A DNA stretch of 64,000 nucleotides, taken from the NCBI RefSeq assembly GCF_001194135.2, contig NC_068983.1, forward strand, positions 70,807,878 to 70,871,877, read 5' to 3'. The position numbers and the translations under genes are program-made. The notes below the pieces were generated by a model. It was not told the origin of the DNA. It did not search any database and saw only the letters and a list, made by a program, of their open reading frames with translations. The stretch comes from Octopus bimaculoides (taxonomy: Eukaryota). Shown here piece after piece: positions 24,215 through 36,899 of this stretch (positions are counted from its first letter, which is position 1; every line of letters starts with the position of its first letter).

Positions 24215-26286
24215 TATATATATATATGAATATATGTATATATAAGGTGTTTATTTGTAAAGAAAAGAATGACTATCTTGAAATATGACAATGCACCTAA
24301 AAGGTGGTCTTTGTGTTAAAACACAGAATATTGCATTATTTACCATATTTACATCGCTGCCGTTTGGTAACAATACGCTACATTAGAACTGCCATGTGAC
24401 GTGATTTCACCATTCCTGGAGCTTGTCAATGACAGACTCCTGCTATACATAGTAAACGATTGACCCGTCAGCAATATATAGAATCTCAGTGCCTGTCCGG
24501 GCAGAGGTGTCGCAAAAAGCATGTAGGCTTCTAAGAAAATAATAATGACAGAAGCAATATTATTTCCGAGAGGTAATATCTATCTCATACATAAAGAGGG
24601 TTTTCTGTTAGAAAACAGAATACTGCGTTATTTGCCATGAGGGGAACTTGTGGAGCATTAAAATACTCGTGTTTATATTGGTGACGGACAATAACTGTTT
24701 GCCACGGCCGCCGGAAAGGCCACATCACTTAATTTCTTCTGTCCTTGAGCTTCCCAACGGCAGCTAGACATGGTCACGTATTTCTTCATCAGTGATGTGC
24801 TAGTGTGTATGTGTGCGTGTGTGTATGCATGTATGTATGTATGTATGTATTTATGTATGTATGCATGCTTGCATGTGTGTATATATATATATGCATGTAT
24901 ATATACACACAATAGGAATAAAACGAATCGGTATTTTACGATATTGCTACACATGTTTCAGGAGCGTATATATTCAGAAGACAGTTATGTACCTTGACAT
25001 GTAACATTATGTTACATTATGTATTATTAGGAAAGTTCGAGTTTGCATGAAGCGCTACGTTGTGAGGTAATACCNNNNNNNNNNNNNNNNNNNNNNNNNN
25101 NNNNNNNNNNNNNNNNNNNNNNNNNNNNNNNNNNNNNNNNNNNNNNNNNNNNNNNNNNNNNNNNNNNNNNNNNNNNNNNNNNNNNNNNNNNNNNNNNNNN
25201 NNNNNNNNNNNNNNNNNNNNNNNNNNNNNNNNNNNNNNNNNNNNNNNNNNNNNNNNNNNNNNNNNNNNNNNNNNNNNNNNNNNNNNNNNNNNNNNNNNNN
25301 NNNNNNNNNNNNNNNNNNNNNNNNNNNNNNNNNNNNNNNNNNNNNNNNNNNNNNNNNNNNNNNNNNNNNNNNNNNNNNNNNNNNNNNNNNNNNNNNNNNN
25401 NNNNNNNNNNNNNNNNNNNNNNNNNNNNNNNNNNNNNNNNNNNNNNNNNNNNNNNNNNNNNNNNNNNNNNNNNNNNNNNNNNNNNNNNNNNNNNNNNNNN
25501 NNNNNNNNNNNNNNNNNNNNNNNNNNNNNNNNNNNNNNNNNNNNNNNNNNNNNNNNNNNNNNNNNNNNNNNNNNNNNNNNNNNNNNNNNNNNNNNNNNNN
25601 NNNNNNNNNNNNNNNNNNNNNNNNNNNNNNNNNNNNNNNNNNNNNNNNNNNNNNNNNNNNNNNNNNNNNNNNNNNNNNNNNNNNNNNNNNNNNNNNNNNN
25701 NNNNNNNNNNNNNNNNNNNNNNNNNNNNNNNNNNNNNNNNNNNNNNNNNNNNNNNNNNNNNNNNNNNNNNNNNNNNNNNNNNNNNNNNNNNNNNNNNNNN
25801 NNNNNNNNNNNNNNNNNNNNNNNNNNNNNNNNNATATATATATATATATACATATGTATATATATACACATATACATATATTTATATCGGTTATATTCAG
25901 CCGTTATATGCAACTGTAGTAGTATTTCATTATAATAGTCATCTGGGTATCATACACAATGAACATACATCACGAAAGAGCAAATTTATTGGAGCATTCG
26001 TCCTGACATAATACCTCTTATGGATATGTTGTGTTTAAAAACACAACATATATATGAATGTGTATGTGTAAGTATATATACATATAGGTATATATGTGTA
26101 TATATGTATATGTATATATAAATATGGGTATATGCATATATATATATATATCTACAGAGGGAGAGATAGGAGATAGATAGATACATGGGTTTGTGCGTCT
26201 GTGTATGTATTTCATTTCTACTCTAGACACAAGGCCCTCAATCCATGTGTGTACGTATTTGTGTACACCCCCCCACACACGCACAC

Positions 26287-26350
<64 letters not shown>

Positions 26351-26405
26351 GAAGACAAGGAGAAATCTTGCGAAACAAAGTTTATTTTAACGTGATACGT
26401 CTTGA

Positions 26406-26499
26406 AATCACCCGAGGAGACACATTTGCACCGAGGAATACACCTAAACCACGAGGGATCGCTGCTAGACGGGTCGAAACGATTGTAGTGATTAATAAA
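26406..26499 (+). ncRNA. Type I hammerhead motif with a long stem II insertion, followed directly by AATAAA
   Basis: AATCAC-CCGAGGA-GAC-[51 nt]-GTC-GAAA-C-GATT-GTA-GTGATT-AATAAA. Stem I AATCAC/GTGATT is perfect; cleavage triplet GUA. Confidence 0.65.
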
Positions 26500-27163
26500 G
26501 TTTCTCGTATCCTTTATCCTCTATCTCTCTCATTAATCACATATATCTACACATTTGTATGTATATATACATGTATATATATGTCTATGTATGTATGCAT
26601 GTATCCATATATGTATGTTAGTATATAAGTATGTATGTGTGTATGTATTTATTTATGTATGTATACACACGTGTGCTCACATACACATACGCATGTCGAA
26701 CAATTCTTGTGTTTAATGGCCAAATAAAGAGACATTTGGTGATCATGTTATTTAATAAGAAACATTATAATATCTGCATACATTTATTATTTCAATCTCA
26801 ATGTATTCAGGCGGTCGTAATTTCAATCGATCTATACAAATCGAAACTGAAATTCCAATTGTATGTTACGTAAAGAATTTTTATTCACATTGTTGCTTTG
26901 CAGCAGCTGAAACAAGTTCGAGTCGGCATGAAAGTCGTTCCACTTCTCGTTTGATGTGTACTTCTTATTTCTTTGTGAAGGTAGTAGCTTGTGATCTGAG
27001 AAAATTGCTCACTACTATACGTAATTAGTGAATTGTTTGCCTGATTTACAAGGGATCATAGATATATTATACACAATTGTCATCATCATCTTTTAATTTT
27101 TGGACAAACAACTGAGCCAAAACATAGCTGTTATCCGAAACTGTTAACGCTGTTTACCATATA

Positions 27164-27840
27164 CAGGGTGGAGCAGAGATGACGTATGCTTTTGAAAAAT
27201 TCACAAAATCATTAATTTTAGCTGGAAACAAATTTTATTGACATCAATGTGTTTGTATTAAATTAGCATTTGTCAAAATCAAGTGTGGAAACAACATCCA
27301 CCATCTGGTATCCGTTTTCATCGATGCATTTCTGAAGGTGTTCTAGGAAGTTAGCCTCCACTCTCTCCAGCATTGCTCTGTCGATTTAGGCGACTTCCAC
27401 GCGAATAGCTGCTTTCAAATCGTCCAGTGAACGAGCTTTTGCGCATACACACGTGCCTTGAGGTTTCCCCACAAGAAATAATCACACATTGATAAATCAG
27501 TGGACCGAGGGGGCCAAGGAATGTCAGCAAACCTTGAAATGAGGCGGTCACCGAAGAGAGGGCGAAGAACGATTATTGATGCTCTGGCTGTGTGGGCCGT
27601 CGCTCCATCCTGCTGAAACCACACGTTGAATAGGCATGTGTTTTCGTCGTAATTCAGGCACAGAGAAGTTGTTTATCATCTCGATGTAACACACGGAGAT
27701 CCCAGTAACATCATTTCCGTTATTGTCTTTAAAAAAAGTAAGGACCAATGACGGCGGCTTTTCGAATAGCACACCAGACCGTCACTTTTGGGCTGTGCAG
27801 TGGTCTTTCGTGCAGTTCTCTCGGATTTTCAAGATCCCAG
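27164..27840 (-). mobile_element. Tc1/mariner-superfamily (rosa/maT-like) transposon 3' half with one TIR
   Basis: Motifs WDLENPRELHERPLHSPKVTVWCAI, WFQQDGATAHTA and WPPRSTDLSMCDYFLWGNLKARVY. TA|CAGGGTGG terminus at 27162-27171. The 5' part is lost at the SINE at 27845. Confidence 0.88.
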
Positions 27841-27844
27841 TAAC

Positions 27845-28097
27845 TCTAAGTATTTCGCTCCGCGTGCTAACGATTCTGCCAGTCAGCTACCTTAATAATC
27901 CTTTCTACTAAAGACACAAGGCCAGATATTTACAGGGAGGGAACTCGTCAATTACATCGACCCAGAGTTTCACTGGTATTTATTTCATCGACCGCGAAAG
28001 GATCAAAAGCAAAGTTGAACTCTGAACATACGGACGGACGAAATGCCGCTTAGCATATCGTCCGTCGTGCTAACGATAAAGCCAGCCCACCACCTGA
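27845..28097 (-). mobile_element. SINE family A: a truncated head (27845-27890) plus a near-complete copy (27905-28097)
   Basis: gtgctaacgattctgccag occurs in the first head and a diverged gtgctaacgataaagccag in the second; also acacaaggccag, catcgacc and gaaatgccgcttagcat as in 48002-48215. Confidence 0.75.
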
Positions 28098-28114
28098 ATA
28101 ATAATAACAACAAC

Positions 28115-28157
<43 letters not shown>

Positions 28158-28179
28158 TTAATAATAATAATAATAATAA

Positions 28180-28210
<31 letters not shown>

Positions 28211-28222
28211 AAGAAGAAGAAG
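28097..28222. repeat. (AAT)n-(AAG)n compound microsatellite
   Basis: Read directly. Confidence 0.95.
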
Positions 28223-29734
28223 AATATAATAATTATTTGTAGCTTTGGTACATTCCTATAAATTTCGGATAAAAGGTGATTAATTTCAGCAACCTAAGAT
28301 GCAAATGTTGTCTATATCAGTGTGTAGGTGGATGTACATTTCTAAATGGTTCCCAAAACACTGTTTACTATCTCTTCCACCCTATTACTGTAATTAGTTC
28401 GGATAAGGAACAAGTACACTGAATAACCTTTATCTTAAAACTGACGATGAAAGAAACAAATACATGTTTTACGACAAACGTAATTGAAAATATTAATAAT
28501 TCTTCCAACACTAAACGCAACAAAGAAAATTATAAATAACACGTTCTAATGACAACCTACATTAGATATCAATGAAATTATTGGGAAATAACTGGTAATG
28601 ATGTAACATGTAACAATAATATAGTACACAGGATTGGCTATAAAAACAATACTTCATCTGCTGATAAAAGCTCGAAAGTTGAATTCTTAAGCTTTATCCT
28701 ATTTATTAGACATACATGAAAATCATTAATCAACAAACACGAAGTGACTGAAAAACCATGTCAGGTAGAGCAATGTATAGCTCTAATATATTATGTAAAT
28801 TCATAGAATGTGGATATATAAAATCAGTAGAATGACGTTTCAAATAGCTTACGATATTTATCTTTCGAATTCTGGCGGGAACTTCTTTTCCTTTCATTTT
28901 TTTCTTCTCATTTACGAGAACGATCTAATCGAATATTACCAATTCCACATATTTAAGATCTTATAACTATGTTACAAATCGTTTATTACATGTATGTATG
29001 TATGTATGTATGTATGTATGCATGCATGCATGCATGTATGTATGCATGCATAGTTTATGTAAGTATGAGGATGAGGTTAAGCCTGGAATCATGGCTCTAT
29101 ATTCAGACTAAAAACTTACGAAGGTTGATCCATCAACTCCTTTAGCATTTTTAGGCCAACAATGACAAGATGCGCACGAACGAATGCGTATACTTTCTAT
29201 TTTTACTTACTTTGCGAAGTTAAATATCCATCAACATCATACAGAATCCATACCTTTTTTTCTGCTGCTAAAACCAAATCTGTCGAATACATTGTATTTC
29301 TCTCTCTCCCCTCTCTCTCTTTCTCTCTGTCTCTCTTTCCTTCTCCCTCTTTCAAATGCTCATATAGTTTTGATATAAAAATTAGTTAAAGTAAATAACC
29401 CAGAGTGACCACTGGTATGAACTTGAACAAGACAAATAAATTGGGACAAGACAAATAAAGGTATATCAAATACTATGTATGGCTTTCATTTGGAATGAGT
29501 TTTTTTCTCACAACATTATTTGACGTATTTCCATTCGGTAACCTGACGTATTATTCGGTAACCTGAATTAAGTAACTTCATTTTAATCAAAGTAAATGTA
29601 TATTACTTTATATTATAAACCATTTTCCATACAGTCGAACTGTTTTGGAGGAAAGAACCTTTAACTATAAGTTTAAACTACCATTGTTTTCAGAGCCTTG
29701 ACTTGGTTCCGTGTTTTTTTTTTTCTTTGAATTA

Positions 29735-31035
29735 CACTGAACCGTAAAAGAAACGCATACCGTGTGTGACTGTGAAATATGTTTTAATTTCTTATGTCGG
29801 AGATCAATTCTGAGAGACTGATGAAGTCAATTTCTTGAATGCACTTTGACCATAGTCTATGGGTCGTTATCATGTATTCTGGTAGTAGGCGGATACAGCA
29901 CATCGAGATTGTAGGACGTGACATGTTCAATACCGTGTACGCCCTCCCTGGGTGTTCTAAATGGCCATACTCCGTCGGTACATGGAATGCATGAGGCGGT
30001 TCACAAAAGCCATTGGCACCTGTGCCCACACACTGGGGAAAGCTGCTTCCAATTTCTTGGGACCACCTGGGTCAGCCGTTTATGGATTTCATCCCACAGG
30101 TGTTCAATTGGGTTCAAACCCGGGCTGAGAGCCAACCACGGCAAGGTTCTGATATTGTGATGACCCAAGAAGTCCATGGTGACTCTGGCCGTGTAAGAGG
30201 GGATCATTGTCCTGCTTGAACATGTATCTATGGTGACGCGTGAAGGAGGGTACGATGTGAGTTCTTAGGATCTGGTCAACGTAGCGCGGCCCTGCGATGC
30301 CATTCCCTCTGCCTGCACTAACAGTTTAGAACACATGGCACCCAGTTCTCTGATTCATGCCTATAGCACCCCAAACCATGATGCTTTGGCCACCCCACGT
30401 GTCTCTCTTCATAACACATGTGTCTCTGTAGCGTTCACGCTTTCTATGCTACACCCTCAATCTGCCATCCGAGGTGGAAACGCAGTACTGGCTCTCGTCA
30501 GAGAATACTATCGACCTCCATTGTGGATGCCATTAATGTTGGTGCTGTGTAGCCCACTGGAGTCATGCCCGACGATGGTGAGCGGTGAGGACAGGCCCTC
30601 GAGCAGGATGACGACAACGCAGGTTGTTGGCGGCCAGTGCCAGTCGACATCGTACCGTGTCGTCACTGATATCAACTGCCAATGGTCTCGAGAGCAGTCA
30701 CGCTGGCCGGTCTGAAGCGATCACCGTGGTGTTGCAGGTGGATGAAGTGGTCCTGCCTAGGCGTGGTCCCCCGCGGGCGTCCTCTGCGAGCGTCCTCTGC
30801 GAGCGTCCTCTGCGAGCGTCCTCTGCGAGCGTCCTCTGCGAGCGTCCTCTGCGAGCGTCCTCTGCGAGCGTCCTCTGCGAGCACGGTCTGCAGTGCTGTT
30901 GGTGTTGTTGTATCGCTGTTGCAGACGATAGATGGTTCTGACATGGACTCTGTAAGCTTTCGCAACAACCAGGGCACGCTGCCCTACTTGCAATAGGCTG
31001 ATAGCTTGTTCTCTCTGCGCTGCTGACAATCAGGT
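29735..31035 (-). mobile_element. Tc1-like DD34E transposon, decayed; one probable TIR at 29735
   Basis: N-terminal HTH MSAAQREQAISLLQVG...RTIYRLQQRY...DRARRGRPRGTTPRQD and C-terminal LPWLALSPGLNPIEHLWDEIHKRL. TA|CACTGAACCGTAAAAGAAACGCA terminus; no partner TIR found. Confidence 0.88.
30778..30881. repeat. Perfect minisatellite, 8 x 13 bp (cgtcctctgcgag)
   Basis: Eight identical units counted; the array lies inside the Tc1 transposase coding region. Confidence 0.97.
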
Positions 31036-31061
31036 CATACCTGATGTGTCCAAATTACGAA

Positions 31062-32400
31062 TGATTTCTTTATTGCCTACACGGGGCCAAAGATAGAGTG
31101 GGACAATACAAATACACACTGGAGTCGATAATAATTACTACATTAAAATGACGATATAAACATTTATGACATAAAACGGATGAGAACACAAAACAATGGG
31201 ACAATACAATGGAGTGGGAGCCGGGTACAGCTTCGACCCAGCAAACCCCGGTCCGCCACTGAAGCCTTGCCTTACTTATATGGCTTACAATCAGGAAGAG
31301 TCACTCATTCTCAACTCTCGCACCACATCCTTCCAACTTTTTCCATATATATCACGTGACAGACACCTCCTCTCCAGTCTTATTGTCCTTTTAAGATAGA
31401 AAATAAAAAGCTCACTAGAACGAGATCGGAGATGAAGGTACCTGTCGCTACTCCTTTCATTCTCGTCTTCCAAGCCACCTCTTTTGCTATAGCAACCACA
31501 GCGAGAAAACAAACCTTTCCTTCTCGCTTAAAAGAAGGTGGAACAATCTTAATTATTAACTCAGAGGACAGTTGTAGTCCTTCTAGACATGACAGCAGCT
31601 GTTTGAGGTAAGCTTGAACGATTATCTCGATCTCCTTCCCCTGCCGATTTTGACACTCTGTTACTGTTGCTTATAGGAGTGCCATTTTTTCTTCCATTCC
31701 GAAACATATAGCTTCCACCAGACAACTTACATTCATTTCGAGTGGTATTTCACCCATTTTATTCCGAGACGTTCTTCTACTTAGGTAAGCGGGTAAAAGT
31801 ACCACCTCCGCTGTCCTTAGAGTTTCTATAGAGTAAAGTTTTGCTAGCTCTTCGGATTTGAATCTTACTTCCACCGTTGCATATTTCCTTTCTCTTGTTA
31901 AGAACGTTTTTGTTTCAAAGCAAGTTCCACGGCTTCTTTAGAAGCTACATCTAATTTTTTGTCCTTCACAATCCAACTTTTGTAAATTACCTTTCTGTTC
32001 TCAACACTTTCCATAGTTTCATCGGTTAGGGCAATTTTAGTTCCTGCCCCGCCTTTTAAAACATCTCGTTATATTTTTCCAACTTTTCTAGTTCGATGTT
32101 TATTTTGGTTTTTGCCACAGTGGCGGCTGCAGCCAAATTTTTCCCTCCTTTTATGCTTGTTGGCTTCATCGTGTATTTCGTAACTTGTGGCTTTTTGACT
32201 GTAATCATATTGTTGGGCATGCAGCCCTAATGAATAACAAATCCCTCCTTGAAACAAAGAGGACACGTCGAAAGGACTTTCACGAACAATAACTCTGTTT
32301 AATAAATGCAACAGCACAAATTTCAACAATAAACAACCATATATATAACTCACAGTACAACTTCAACAGAGCAATAAACCAAAAAGTGGAGAAAATACGA
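31062..32400 (-). mobile_element. L1/Tx1-like LINE derivative 1: gag-like ORF1 relic, ORF2-tail-like peptide and 3' end; no EN/RT
   Basis: AEVVLLPAYLSRRTSRNKMGEIP is homologous to ANEVVLLLTYLGRRTSLMKVEGIL at 33185-33859. LFIFYLKRTIRLERRCLSRDIYGKSW lies near the 3' end. The 3' terminus tttctttattgcctacacggggc (AATAAA on the minus strand) is shared with 32406. Confidence 0.55.
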
Positions 32401-32405
32401 ATTCA

Positions 32406-34060
32406 TTCTTTATTGCTCACAGCGGGGCTAAACATAGAAGGGACAGTACAAGGACAGACAGAGACAAGACAAGTGGGGACATAAAATATAAAACGATGAA
32501 TGAAATGAAATATACAAATGAGGATAAACGCTATTGTTAGAGCCCCACCCTCAAGCAGTCACGTTATTACTGTTCAATTTTCTGTTCGTTAACAGTTAAC
32601 TTATCAAAATTTAAAACAATTATACGTATTCTACAAAATACGGTTTTAGTTCATTAAATTCCACCACCGGAGGTAGGGTTTCAAACTTCATCTCCACCGC
32701 CAGTGGGTCTACATCCGATATAAAATGTATTTTTAAAGTTTCATATTTCAGATTATCTACCAAGATGCACTTTGTATCCGCTGCGTAGACTTTAGGAAGA
32801 ATAACGTTAGTGATATTTTTGAATTTTGCAATTGTTTTTACTATCGCTGTGCTCTTTCTAGAAGTCATTATGTGTGCAGATTGCAATGACGGAGTTTTAC
32901 TGTGTTGTGTTGGATGGGGGATTCTGGGTTGTTTGTTGCAGTGGTGTGTGCTGTGTGGGTGTGATATTTCAGGGAATGCCTGAACTTTGTCTATTTGCTG
33001 TGTATGAGACTACTTTCTTTTCACTTGTGTGCACTTTGGTGGTGTAATGTTTCTTTCCCTTTTTCTAGATACTAGTCTACAGTCTTCCTCGGCCCTTTCC
33101 TAAACGATTCGCTCCGTCTCACTCGCACCTTGGGTCCCTTCCGCCATATTCTCCACCTTTTCGATGTCGGTCAGGATCTCAACATCATTCCTTGGTTCTT
33201 TTTTTTCGGGGGGGGGGGAGACACATTTTTTCGGTGTACCCCTTCTGTCCCCAGCCATAGCAAGTTAGAGGTCTCTCCTCCACTTTTACTGCCAATTTAA
33301 TTTCTTCCGGTAATTCAGTCACTTCCGGAATTCCGTTCAAGTCTGTCCTACAAGCCTCAGTTTCTGAGGCTTGTAGGAATGCCACCTCCTCCATGTTTCC
33401 ATATAGGACACCCGCCGCGACCCAAGCTATGTCTATGTCTGGTAGGATTCCCTCAACTTTCATCAATGACGTCCTCCTTCCAAGATACGTGAGCAGTAAT
33501 ACCACTTCATTTGCCTTTATTGTGTTTCCTGCCTGCCTCTTTGCTATTTCTTCCGTCCTGTATTGGACAACCACTGTCCCAAATATGTATCCTCTCGACA
33601 TGAACACAATATCTTTGTGTACCGCGTTCAACGCTTTTTCAATTATTTCCTCCTCCATTTGATCTATCTTTTTCTCTACCACCGCACAGATTTTGTAGAC
33701 GATCGTTTTCCTTGCCATGTCCTCCATAACCCTCTGTAGTGGGGATAACTTCACATCACCGCCCACTCTGTTTGCCTTCTTTTGGTGTTCCTTAACGTTT
33801 ACTATGTTTATTTCTTTTCTTTTTGTCTCCGTCATCTCCGCAAAGCTTCTTTTTTCCAAAACACTTGTCCAACTTGTTCACAGCTTTAATCAATTCCTCC
33901 TCCGAAGAGGATAATTCGGATCCACTCAGATCCGAATAAAACATTGTACTCGTCGCCATCGCCATCTCTCAACAGAAAGAAAGCTTAACCAGGAAAAAAC
34001 CACTGCAGTGCAACACAAAACGAAACAAATCACAGCAAACTCTCAACATATATGAACGAC
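32406..34060 (-). mobile_element. L1/Tx1-like LINE derivative 2: ORF1-like gag with degenerate zinc knuckle, a second ORF1-like fragment and 3' end; no EN/RT
   Basis: ORF starts at ~33964 (MAMATSTMFYSDLSGSELSSSEEE) and frameshifts into 33185-33859, which ends VKVEERPLTCYGWGQKGYTEKMC (CCHC-derived). Fragment 32620-32886 reads ...FETLPPVVEFNELKPYFVEY. The 3' end is ttctttattgctcacagcggggctaaacatagaagggaca. Confidence 0.6.
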
Positions 34061-36137
34061 GTATGTAAAAAAAGGAGTTCAAATTGATTTTTATGCCCAT
34101 AACCTCCACGAGATGCACGTACATTTCGGTTTTCATGACAATTGTTTGCGACTGCCACCCGCGGCATTCAACGCAGCTGCGTTTTGTCGTCTCGTTTCAA
34201 GGAAAGTTGAAAGGTTTCTGCTATTTGGGTCTCAGCCATAAACCAGTATGTCTTGGAATATTTACACTTATATTCCGCGAAATAAACTTTCAGAATTTAC
34301 CATATAAAAGGACATTTGAAAATTGCATTTCTTTTGCGGTTCCAGTGTATTACTAATCGAAATTCCTGTTGTTTGACTTAGTCACTGAGAGTGATTGAAG
34401 AGGAAATTTCGGTCAAAAGCCGCATATTATAAGATTCTATATGCTATCAGATTTAAAATATGCTTATAAACAACAGAGTTATACAATTTCCATCAACACT
34501 TCATCCTGTTTTACTGATTATCATTAACAAGATTAATAACAGTTGTATCATGGTATAAGTGAACATAGATCTATTGTTTGTTATTTCTCCTTCACTAAAT
34601 CATAGCTGATAACATATTTTCATAGTATATCCAATTTATTATCGAACAGATGTCTTATAATTTATCTAATATTCATGCTACTTGCCAAGATTACTGATTA
34701 ATACAGTGTAACATAATGATTTTGATTTATACAGACGAAATTGTAACACTCAAGTAATTTTACACAGATAATCATTGTATTATATTTATTTACACAAGAG
34801 AAATCCCAAAACATAGATTTAGGAACACGCATATATTATATTAAGATTAAAAACAATGCTTTTAAAATGTCTACAAAACACTACCAGGTCATTTTTGTGC
34901 AACAGTTGACTTTTTCTTTGATCATAGGCAGCTGGATATCAGAGGAGATGTGGTGGCACATATTTTGGATTGTGTCCCACTTACGGAGAGAATAATAACG
35001 TGATAATATTTTTTTTATATTAATCTTTTATTTCAAGTATACAGAAGTGGAAATTGAATATTTGGCTAGTAATTTACAGAAAATATACATCATATACAGT
35101 ATGGTTTATATTACTGCGAAAATAAGCGACGAATGATTAAATATCACACATTGCATATTATATATTCTATAATCTAACATGTACTATATCTAGTTACAAA
35201 TCGAAAGCACGTGATAAAATTCTTACAATGAATAAAGGAGTTAAAAGACATTATTTCTTCAAAACTTTCTGTAAAATGACGTCAACTTGAAGTTATTTCT
35301 TAACCATAAACTTTATCTAGAGGAACCAATGATTGTAGAAGTACATTGCTTCTTTAATTCTGAGACTATAACAATGATAATACAGAGTCCATCCGAAGGA
35401 GTCAACAAACCAACTTTTCCTGGCTGGCAGTAATCTATATTAAACACGATTTCTGGAGTATATTCTTCATTGCCTGCAAACATGATGAATAAGAGGATAT
35501 AGAGGGAGTGAGGATATATATATATATNNNNNNNNNNNNNNNNNNNNNNNNNNNNNNNNNNNNNNNNNNNNNNNNNNNNNNNNNNNNNNNNNNNNNNNNN
35601 NNNNNNNNNNNNNNNNNNNNNNNNNNNNNNNNNNNNNNNNNNNNNNNNNNNNNNNNNNNNNNNNNNNNNNNNNNNNNNNNNNNNNNNNNNNNNNNNNNNN
35701 NNNNNNNNNNNNNNNNNNNNNNNNNNNNNNNNNNNNNNNNNNNNNNNNNNNNNNNNNNNNNNNNNNNNNNNNNNNNNNNNNNNNNNNNNNNNNNNNNNNN
35801 NNNNNNNNNNNNNNNNNNNNNNNNNNNNNNNNNNNNNNNNNNNNNNNNNNNNNNNNNNNNNNNNNNNNNNNNNNNNNNNNNNNNNNNNNNNNNNNNNNNN
35901 NNNNNNNNNNNNNNNNNNNNNNNNNNNNNNNNNNNNNNNNNNNNNNNNNNNNNNNNNNNNNNNNNNNNNNNNNNNNNNNNNNNNNNNNNNNNNNNNNNNN
36001 NNNNNNNNNNNNNNNNNNNNNNNNNNNNNNNNNNNNNNNNNNNNNNNNNNNNNNNNNNNNNNNNNNNNNNNNNNNNNNNNNNNNNNNNNNNNNNNNNNNN
36101 NNNNNNNNNNNNNNNNNNNNNNNNNNNNNNNNNNNNN

Positions 36138-36169
<32 letters not shown>

Positions 36170-36794
36170 TATATACATGTGTATATATGTATATATTTAT
36201 ACATGCATGCACACACACACATAACTTTAATTAAATATAGAAACAGAAAAATAGTACAAGACAGACGAAGAAACAAACGGGGCATTTCTTCTTACACGGT
36301 ACAAGAAATCAATAAAAAGAAATGGTCGCACAAAAGATTGGAGTTACATTCTATTCTCCTCGCGGGGATTGAAACATGTCCGACATTTTCTTTAAACTCT
36401 AATAACAGCGGAACCCATAGAAACGGGAATAAATACTGTACATCAGTAACAATATCAAGAAAAACAATAACTAACAGAAAAATAACACAAACTACATTAT
36501 TCAGTCTAAGACTACATATAGGCACGCGCACGTGCAGGCACACACATTCACGCATACCCACATTTGTGTATGCATGCATGTAAATATAAACAATGTGCGA
36601 GTATCTGTGTTTTGATTGTTGCCATGTTATTTTAACACAGTTTGAAGTTTGTCAGCTTCCAGAGGAATGAGATGTCGAGTTGAAAATAAGCAATCATATA
36701 TTATGAACTTTCACGTATATTTTAAAAAAATTTTCTTATTTTTATAACAATATATATATGTATGTATATATATATGCATATGTATATGCATATG

Positions 36795-36837
<43 letters not shown>

Positions 36838-36899
36838 TGTAACGTTCTGTTATTCGTGGGATCAACAAAAAATATTACTCCATCCATTTTGAGATAAAT

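Noticed and set aside
24999-25017. Short palindrome atgtaacat-t-atgttacat
   Set aside because: A 9-bp arm in AT-rich DNA next to a gap, with no supporting context.
30778-30881. CRISPR-like regularity
   Set aside because: The units are contiguous with no spacers, and the context is eukaryotic. It is a minisatellite.
35313-35480. Possible minus-strand exon after tttgcag (GNEEYTPEIVFNIDYCQPGKVG...)
   Set aside because: It ends in a stop with no donor, has no recognisable domain and no partner exons.
14677-36285. Long ORFs (200-320 aa) in the ORF track
   Set aside because: They consist of X from N gaps (14907-15407, 16026-16686, 17521-18037, 20963-21276, 22215-22434, 23811-23958, 25075-25833, 35528-36137; likewise 55561-56086) plus IY/CV/HT microsatellite translations. 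They are not genes.
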